In this document: positions 48,423 through 54,465 of the stretch, one piece after another
How positions within the stretch are numbered: position 1 is the first letter of the stretch
Layout: the number at the start of each line of letters is the position of its first letter
Assembly: GCA_017608045.1 (NCBI GenBank)
Contig: JAFCGN010000003.1
Location: 1-54,465, forward strand
Source of the DNA: Candidatus Parvarchaeota archaeon
Lineage (GTDB): Archaea > Nanobdellota > Nanobdellia > JAFCGN01
Reading direction: 5' to 3'
Length of the DNA: 54,465 bases
The notes under the pieces: model-generated
The model's input: only the letters and a program-made list of their open reading frames with translations
Database searches by the model: none
What the model was told of the DNA's origin: nothing
Position numbers and translations under genes: made by a program

Positions 48423-50711
48423 ATGGTTGAGAAAAAAAAATTATATTCTTATGAGATAGAGATAGAAGGTAATACAAGAAATCTTGTTATAAATTGTGTG
48501 GGAAGTCTTTATTACCCAAGCATTGAAGATAATGAGTTTTACATGAGCATGGTAATAGGCTATCTCATAGAAACTGGTTTTGTGAATAACATAACATTAG
48601 CAGGGGAAAGAAACTACATTTATACAGAAGAGCAAGCGCAGATGCTTTATGAAATTGCTCAAGCATACACTCATTTAATAAGACAAGAGAAAATAATAAG
48701 TATTGCAAAATTAGGTCCAACAGATTCTGAAAAAAAATTTTTGCCTGAAAGAATTAATACAATGCGTTCCATTGTTTTAGAACTTTTGAGAAGCGATCCA
48801 GTGAGCGCATATGTTAAAGCAATAAGAACATTGCGCGAGCAGAAAGTGAAAATGGAGGCGCTTCCTTTAAAACAAAGATTTATTTTCAAAACTTATGTAA
48901 ATGCTTTAGAAACAGTAATAACTTTACTAGAAAAAACAAGACTAATAAAAAAAGCAAAACCTTTTATTGCAGGACACAAAATAGGGGACAGGGCAATTTA
49001 TAGAGAATTGTTTGAACCTATAATAAAACCAAACTTTATGCTTACACGCCTCATGGCTGAAGCACCACTGAAAGGAGAGGAAGTTGATTCATACAATATT
49101 GGCAAATTCGAGAAAAGCACTGTAGTCATTTACAAACTTCCAAATACTGTTCGGTTAAAATATCATATAAGTCCGCCAGAGTTTAATCTAACTGAAGAAG
49201 AAAACACTCTTTTAACTGATGCGCAAAAAGTATTAAGCAGGTACAAACCAAAAGGCGCGGAATTTGTTGATCCTTCTCGCATGAGAATGGTTTTTTATAA
49301 CATTGCTAAAGACCTTCTTGATGAACTTGCTGTAAGTAAAGGATTGCATATGAAATACAATGAAATTGAAGAGCTTTCAAGAATTCTTGTAAGGCTCACA
49401 GTCGGTTTTGGTTTAATTGAGGTTCTGCTTGAAGACCCTTACATAGAAGACATTTACATTAATGCACCAATTGGACAAACACCTATTTTTTTGAAACACG
49501 CGAAATACGGGGAATGCGAAACAAATATTATTCCAAACATACGAGAGGCGGAAGCATGGGCTTCAAGATTTAGAATGATAAGTCAAAGACCTCTTGATGA
49601 AGCAAATCCTGTTTTAGACACAGAATTATTTTTACCTGCTGCTAGAACAAGAGTTGCAATAATCCAAAGACCCTTGAGTCCGCAAGGTTATTCTTTTGTA
49701 TATAGAAAACACAAACCCACACCATTCACGTTTCCAATGTATATTAATTACAAGTTTTTATCTCCATTAGCAGCAGGATTGCTTTGGTTTTTAACAGATG
49801 GTGCAAGAACAATGATGATTGCAGGCACAAGAGGCACTGGAAAATCAAGTTTGCTTGGATGCATAATAGGAAATATAATGAGAAAATACAGGATAATCAC
49901 TGTTGAAGACACTCTTGAACTGCCCGTGGAGTATTATAGAAAACTTGGTTTTAACATAATACCAATGAAGGTAAGAAGTGCTATTTTAGGAGAGAAATCA
50001 GAACTTAGTGCAGCAGAAGGAGTAAGAACTTCTTTGCGTTTAGGGGATAGTGCGTTAATTGTTGGTGAAGTAAGAAGTAAAGAAGCTCTCGCTCTTTACG
50101 AAGCAATGCGTGTAGGCGCATTAGCTAATGTTGTTGCAGGCACGATTCATGGTGATAGCCCGTACGGTGTTTTTGACAGAGTTGTAAATGATTTAGGAGT
50201 GCCAAGAACAAGTTTTAAAGCAACAGATATAATAATGGTTGCAAATAAAATAAGAGGCGCAGGTCAATTAACAGAAAATAGAAGATTAACTACAATTGCA
50301 GAAGTAAGAAAGCATTGGGAAGAAGACCCTCTTAAAGAACAAGGATTTGTGCATCTCATGGAATATGACTCAAAGAAAGACATGATTATGCCAACAAGTG
50401 CTCTTCTTGATGGGGATTCTGAGGTTGTAAAAAGCATTGCAGGAAAAGTTAGGGATTGGGTTGGAAATTGGGACAGGGTTTGGGATAACATTGTTTTAAG
50501 AGGGAAGATAGCAAAACTAATGGCTGATTATGCTAAGAAACCTGGAAACTCATGGATACAAGAAGCAGATTTTGTTGTGGTTGGAAATGATAATTTTCAC
50601 AAAATATTTGGAGAATTAAAAGAAGAAAGTGGGTATCCAGATAGCAAAGATGTTTTGTTTCAGTTTGAGAATTGGCTTAAAACACAGATAAGAATGAGAA
50701 AGAAAAGGTGA
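48423..50711 (+). CDS. Type IV pilus/type II-IV secretion ATPase (VirB11/TadA/ArlI family)
   Basis: Walker A 'AGTRGTGKSS', Asp box 'ITVEDTLEL', Walker B 'LIVGEVR' and His box 'GTIHG'. Confidence 0.93.
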   Translation: MVEKKKLYSYEIEIEGNTRNLVINCVGSLYYPSIEDNEFYMSMVIGYLIETGFVNNITLAGERNYIYTEEQAQMLYEIAQAYTHLIRQEKIISIAKLGPTDSEKKFLPERINTMRSIVLELLRSDPVSAYVKAIRTLREQKVKMEALPLKQRFIFKTYVNALETVITLLEKTRLIKKAKPFIAGHKIGDRAIYRELFEPIIKPNFMLTRLMAEAPLKGEEVDSYNIGKFEKSTVVIYKLPNTVRLKYHISPPEFNLTEEENTLLTDAQKVLSRYKPKGAEFVDPSRMRMVFYNIAKDLLDELAVSKGLHMKYNEIEELSRILVRLTVGFGLIEVLLEDPYIEDIYINAPIGQTPIFLKHAKYGECETNIIPNIREAEAWASRFRMISQRPLDEANPVLDTELFLPAARTRVAIIQRPLSPQGYSFVYRKHKPTPFTFPMYINYKFLSPLAAGLLWFLTDGARTMMIAGTRGTGKSSLLGCIIGNIMRKYRIITVEDTLELPVEYYRKLGFNIIPMKVRSAILGEKSELSAAEGVRTSLRLGDSALIVGEVRSKEALALYEAMRVGALANVVAGTIHGDSPYGVFDRVVNDLGVPRTSFKATDIIMVANKIRGAGQLTENRRLTTIAEVRKHWEEDPLKEQGFVHLMEYDSKKDMIMPTSALLDGDSEVVKSIAGKVRDWVGNWDRVWDNIVLRGKIAKLMADYAKKPGNSWIQEADFVVVGNDNFHKIFGELKEESGYPDSKDVLFQFENWLKTQIRMRKKR

Positions 50712-52837
50712 TTTTTTTGGCAAAAAAGAAAACCAATGATAAGAATAAACAAGATTATGCAGAAAATGATAATTTGCCTAATTATGAAGGGGTTACTGAT
50801 GAATTAGTTGAAAAATTATTTAAAAAATATGGAGCAAATAAGCCAACAGAAGAAGAAATGAAGATGTCTGCTGAAACATACATTAGGAGTAGAGAATACA
50901 AAATTTTTACAAAAAGAGAAGAGAATAAGTGGGTAAGAAGGTATGAAAAATGGTGCGCTAAAGCACAGAAAATTTTACCAGTAAGTGTTACTGAAGAAGA
51001 AAAAAAAATTGTTAATAAGGCAATTGAAATAAGTGATTTAAAAGTTACTCCAGAAGGTGTTGCAAGTTTTAGTTTTATTGTTTTTGCTATTTTCTTAGTT
51101 TTTTCTTTGATAACTGCACTAATCTCGCCTTTATTTATGATTTTATTTGCTGTTATAGGATATGCTGTATTCAATTATTTAAAAAAATATCCTAAAAAAG
51201 CTGTTGAAAATGCGCAAGTAAAGGCAAGCGGTGAAACAATTCTTGCTGTTTTATATCTTGTTATTTACATGAGGCACACGCCAAATATGGAGGCTGCGGT
51301 TAAATTTGCAAGCGATAATCTTACAGGTCCTCTTGCTAATAGTTTCAGAAAGCTTTTATGGGATGTTCAATCGAGAAAATATAAAAATATTAGCGAAGCA
51401 TTAGATGCTTACACAAAAGAATGGGGGGAGTTTAATAAACCATTTACTGATGCCATATACTTGATTGAATCTTCAATGTATCAGACAAAAGAAGAGCACA
51501 GAAAGGATTTACTTAATCGCGCTCTTGATAGGATTCTTGACGGCACATTTGAAAGAATGAGCACGTACGCGCATTCATTGAAAACCCCTGTTGACACTAT
51601 TTATACAATGGGTATTATCCTGCCAGTATTAGGATTAGTTATGTTTCCAATGCTTGCTGCTTTTATGAGTGACATGGTTAAACCGCAAACCATTGCTATT
51701 TTTTATAATATCATGCTCCCCATTTTTGTTTTATTTTTTGAAAAATTAATTTTTATGAAAAGACCTGTTGGATTCCCAACTCCTGACATAAGTAATCATC
51801 CTGATATGCCTAAAAAAGGATGTTTTAAAATGGGGGGTAAAAATGTAAAAGCATGGCCTATAAGTTTGTTAATCCTTTTAATTGGCGTAATACCATTTAT
51901 TATGTATTTAACAAATGCACCATCTCAACCATCTGAAAAAGACATATTCATTAGTTTACTCCCTATTTTTGGAATTGCTTTTAGCATATGGTTTTATACA
52001 AAAAACATTAGTGCTCCAAGACTCAAAATTTTGAAAAAAGTAACAAGTGTGGAAAAAGAATTAGCAGATGCGCTTTTTCAATTAGGGATGAGAATTGGAG
52101 AAGGCAATCCACCGGAAATTGCAGTTCAAAAAGTTGCTGCAGTGATGAGGGAAAGTGAAACAGCAATGTTTTTTAAGAAAATCACAGTGAATATGAAAAG
52201 ATTAGGATATAGTTTTGAAAGAGCAATATTTGATGAAAATTATGGAGCAATACTTTTTTACCCTTCTCCAATGCTTAAAAGCGTGATGGAAGTTTTAGTA
52301 AGTTCAAGCAATAAAAGTCTTGAAGTTGCCGCAGTTAGCATGATAAATATTGCAAGATATTTGCAAAACATTGGAAGAATAAATGACAAAGTTGTGGATA
52401 TACTAAGTGATACTGTTTCTGGAATTAAATTTCAGGCAAGCGTTATTACGCCTATTGTTAGTGGAGTTGTTGTTGGATTAACTTCTTTAATAATAATTAT
52501 TTTATCCTTGCTTTCTTCCAAAATGGAAGAACTTAGTGCATTAAGCGGAGGAGATTTAGGTCCCTGGGCATTAGGCATGTTTAGTATGAGTGGTTCAGTG
52601 CCACTTTATTTGTTTCAGCCAATAGTTGGCATTTATTTAATAGAGATTGTGCTCTTAATTGGTTCCCTTGATGCTGATATTGAAACAAATGGTCATCCCT
52701 TATATAGAAACAATATAATTTCTAAATTAATCCTTCCCGCAGTTATTATCTATGCAATTGTTGGTGTTGCTTTAACAGTTATTTTTGGAGGATTAGGAAA
52801 AGCTGCTTTAGCAATAGGAGGCTCTTTTGGTGTTTAA
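50708..52837 (+). CDS. Type IV pilus membrane platform protein (TadC/ArlJ-like, two T2SS-F-like domains); likely TTG start 50717
   Basis: Multi-TM protein with 'PNMEAAVKFA', 'ELADALFQLG...GNPPE'; overlaps the ATPase stop; SD AGGTGA. Confidence 0.85.
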   Translation: MIFLAKKKTNDKNKQDYAENDNLPNYEGVTDELVEKLFKKYGANKPTEEEMKMSAETYIRSREYKIFTKREENKWVRRYEKWCAKAQKILPVSVTEEEKKIVNKAIEISDLKVTPEGVASFSFIVFAIFLVFSLITALISPLFMILFAVIGYAVFNYLKKYPKKAVENAQVKASGETILAVLYLVIYMRHTPNMEAAVKFASDNLTGPLANSFRKLLWDVQSRKYKNISEALDAYTKEWGEFNKPFTDAIYLIESSMYQTKEEHRKDLLNRALDRILDGTFERMSTYAHSLKTPVDTIYTMGIILPVLGLVMFPMLAAFMSDMVKPQTIAIFYNIMLPIFVLFFEKLIFMKRPVGFPTPDISNHPDMPKKGCFKMGGKNVKAWPISLLILLIGVIPFIMYLTNAPSQPSEKDIFISLLPIFGIAFSIWFYTKNISAPRLKILKKVTSVEKELADALFQLGMRIGEGNPPEIAVQKVAAVMRESETAMFFKKITVNMKRLGYSFERAIFDENYGAILFYPSPMLKSVMEVLVSSSNKSLEVAAVSMINIARYLQNIGRINDKVVDILSDTVSGIKFQASVITPIVSGVVVGLTSLIIIILSLLSSKMEELSALSGGDLGPWALGMFSMSGSVPLYLFQPIVGIYLIEIVLLIGSLDADIETNGHPLYRNNIISKLILPAVIIYAIVGVALTVIFGGLGKAALAIGGSFGV

Positions 52838-53297
52838 AAAAATGAATAAAATGTTAATTAGTTTAACTGCAAGGTCTCAAATAAACGTTGATTTGGTTGT
52901 GATAATTATGAGTATAGTAATTTTAGCCATGTCCATTGCTGTTGTTCTTTTTATTGCAGGGCCTTCTTTGAAAGATAAAGGCGGGTGCAATAATAATTGC
53001 ATATGTGAAGATAGTTTGGTTGATCCTTCTTTAAAAGGCACAGAAAATGACAGGCATGAAACAAAATATAATTGTTTCCCCCCTTTTTCAAATGATTGTT
53101 GCAAAGACGATGATGAAAATGTTTTTGATTGTGTTGATATTAATAAGATATCCCCAATGGATTATGATCCTGCGTGTTTTGATACAGTAACAATTTTTGA
53201 TAATGACGGCGTGTGCAGTTATTTTGAACCTTGTGATTCAATTGATTGTTCAAATAAGGACAACAAAGGCGCAAGTAGGTGCTATCCAACAGATTAA
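52827..53297 (+). CDS. Pilin-like protein with class III-like signal and 12-Cys acidic head
   Basis: 'ARS|QINVD' followed by a hydrophobic helix; 12 Cys in the C-terminal ~100 aa. Confidence 0.65.
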   Translation: MVFKKMNKMLISLTARSQINVDLVVIIMSIVILAMSIAVVLFIAGPSLKDKGGCNNNCICEDSLVDPSLKGTENDRHETKYNCFPPFSNDCCKDDDENVFDCVDINKISPMDYDPACFDTVTIFDNDGVCSYFEPCDSIDCSNKDNKGASRCYPTD

Positions 53298-53321
53298 AAA
53301 ATTTAAATTAAGTGATGAAAT

Positions 53322-53441
53322 ATGGAATTTGAGGAACTTGGAAAATGGGTGCTTACTGTTGTAGCAATAAGTGTTTTAATAGGTTTAGTAATACTCTTTT
53401 ATGGCTTTATAAAAGAAATAGGAACAGGTGGTTTTTTTTGA
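53322..53441 (+). CDS. 39-aa pilin-like peptide (absent from ORF track)
   Basis: MEFEELGKWVLTVVAISVLIGLVILFYGFIKEIGTGGFF*. SD-like GTGAT precedes it, and its stop overlaps the next TTG start. Confidence 0.7.
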   Translation: MEFEELGKWVLTVVAISVLIGLVILFYGFIKEIGTGGFF

Positions 53442-54465
53442 ATAAAAAAAGTGCAAGCATATACATGATAGCTGGCATTGTTGGAGCAATTATTTCTGTT
53501 TCAATGATCCTCATATTTGTAGGTGGAAGCCTGTATTTTACTAAATATGCTGGAAGTGCAACAGTAAGCACAATAACTTCTTTGAGAGCAAGAGTAGCAA
53601 GTGTTTTATGGGATCCAGATGATGGGATAGGAGACTTTCAATTTCTTAAACAATTTAAACGCACTGTTTTTAACTATATTATGGACAAACTTTATGTTCC
53701 TGTTCCCTCTGTAGAAGGTTTTTCTTTTGAACCTCTCATAAGCGAGTATAAGAATGTTGAAGAAGAAATTTTAAATGAAGAAGGGAATAAAATTAAAGTT
53801 ATGGTTTCACAGAATTCAGGCGTGCTGCAAATTGCAGGAGACATACTAACAACATGGAATGCTTTTCATGGAAACAAAGATTATGATATGCTTTATGAAA
53901 CGCCTGAAAACAAGATTGACAATCCTTTTTTGTTTTCAATGTTCTCCTTCTATCTTAAAGGAGAACCCATAAGATTCTCAGATATTATAACTAATGCATC
54001 AAAACTAAATGGCAAGGATGTAAATATTGTTGTTAAAACAACAGATGGCTTAACTTTGTTTAATAATTTAAATAATATTTATGGAAATGTTTCCATAGAT
54101 TTTTACTTAACGCAAGGAAATAGTGATGATGAAAATTATTACAATAGGTATAGGTTTTTTTACGGTTATTTTGATTACGGGCCTAAATGGTGCGGAATAC
54201 ACGAGAATAAAATGAATGAAAGCGCTGATGTAAAAGAATATGGAGCTTATTTTTACTGTAATAAGATTGATGACAAAGAATTTGGTTTTAATTCAAGCAG
54301 AAATTATTTGCCCCAAATATATAAGAAATTTAGACTTTTAAAAGGCTTAAATTTTATTTATTATGTTAGTGAGTCAAGTAATGTGGGCGGGACTGTTGAG
54401 TTTGTTAGTGATCCCTATAATGATAAAAGCATTAATCATAAAGGAAAAGACGCGGTTCTTGTAGG
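53438..54465 (+). CDS. Exported pilin/adhesin-like protein, 3'-partial (absent from ORF track)
   Basis: TTG start after AGGTGG; 'NKKSA|SIYMIAGIVGAIISVSMILIFVGG' followed by a soluble domain; the frame is open to the window end. Confidence 0.75.
   Translation, partial: MNKKSASIYMIAGIVGAIISVSMILIFVGGSLYFTKYAGSATVSTITSLRARVASVLWDPDDGIGDFQFLKQFKRTVFNYIMDKLYVPVPSVEGFSFEPLISEYKNVEEEILNEEGNKIKVMVSQNSGVLQIAGDILTTWNAFHGNKDYDMLYETPENKIDNPFLFSMFSFYLKGEPIRFSDIITNASKLNGKDVNIVVKTTDGLTLFNNLNNIYGNVSIDFYLTQGNSDDENYYNRYRFFYGYFDYGPKWCGIHENKMNESADVKEYGAYFYCNKIDDKEFGFNSSRNYLPQIYKKFRLLKGLNFIYYVSESSNVGGTVEFVSDPYNDKSINHKGKDAVLV

Noticed and set aside
1795-53104. Numerous 60-190 aa ORFs antisense to or nested in larger genes (e.g. 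1795..2055, 20748..21332, 24773..25198, 40908..41243, 50782..51174)
   Set aside because: They are shadows of well-supported genes on the other strand or frame, with no motifs and no SD support.
48423-54465. Archaellum (flagellar) operon
   Set aside because: No archaellin, ArlH, ArlF/G or chemotaxis genes are visible; the layout fits a type IV pilus locus.
1-54465. CRISPR array, transposase, rRNA genes or alternative genetic code
   Set aside because: No regularly spaced repeats or transposase motifs seen; recognisable proteins end at TAA/TGA at the expected lengths.

Overview
This is a very AT-rich, densely coded archaeal window. SD motifs (GGTGA/AGGTG/GGAGG), TTG/GTG starts, AglB, FEN1, Cdc6, an intron-containing tRNA and a DPANN-style type IV pilus locus suggest a DPANN (Nanobdellota/Woesearchaeales-like) symbiont; this placement is inferred. 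(1) 1-30.2 kb is a large surface-glycosylation region: three sugar nucleotidyltransferases (one fused to an RHH DNA-binding domain), an epimerase, UDP-xylose synthase, GT2/GT4 enzymes, a flippase, a UbiA/DPPR-synthase-like enzyme, DUF362, several GT-C enzymes, AglB plus a degenerate AglB paralogue, and AglH/GPT. (2) 30.2-38.9 kb is housekeeping: degenerate ThiI, M29 aminopeptidase, DUF357, TtuA with an unlisted 53-aa ThiS/MoaD-like partner, an MscS-TM protein, FEN1, Cdc6, a GT2 plus flippase-like pair, tRNA-Cys(GCA) with a 40-nt intron, and a previously unannotated box C/D-like sRNA with compensatorily altered boxes. (3) 39-54.5 kb is an envelope/appendage block: two giant membrane-anchored coiled-coil proteins (one with a 329-aa lysine-free stalk), three or four paralogous small multi-TM proteins, two coiled-coil proteins, a highly structured intergenic element with two alternative folds, and a VirB11-type ATPase, TadC/ArlJ-like platform and pilin-like genes running off the window end. 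No CRISPR array, transposase or rRNA gene was seen. All family calls are from motif recognition, with no database search.
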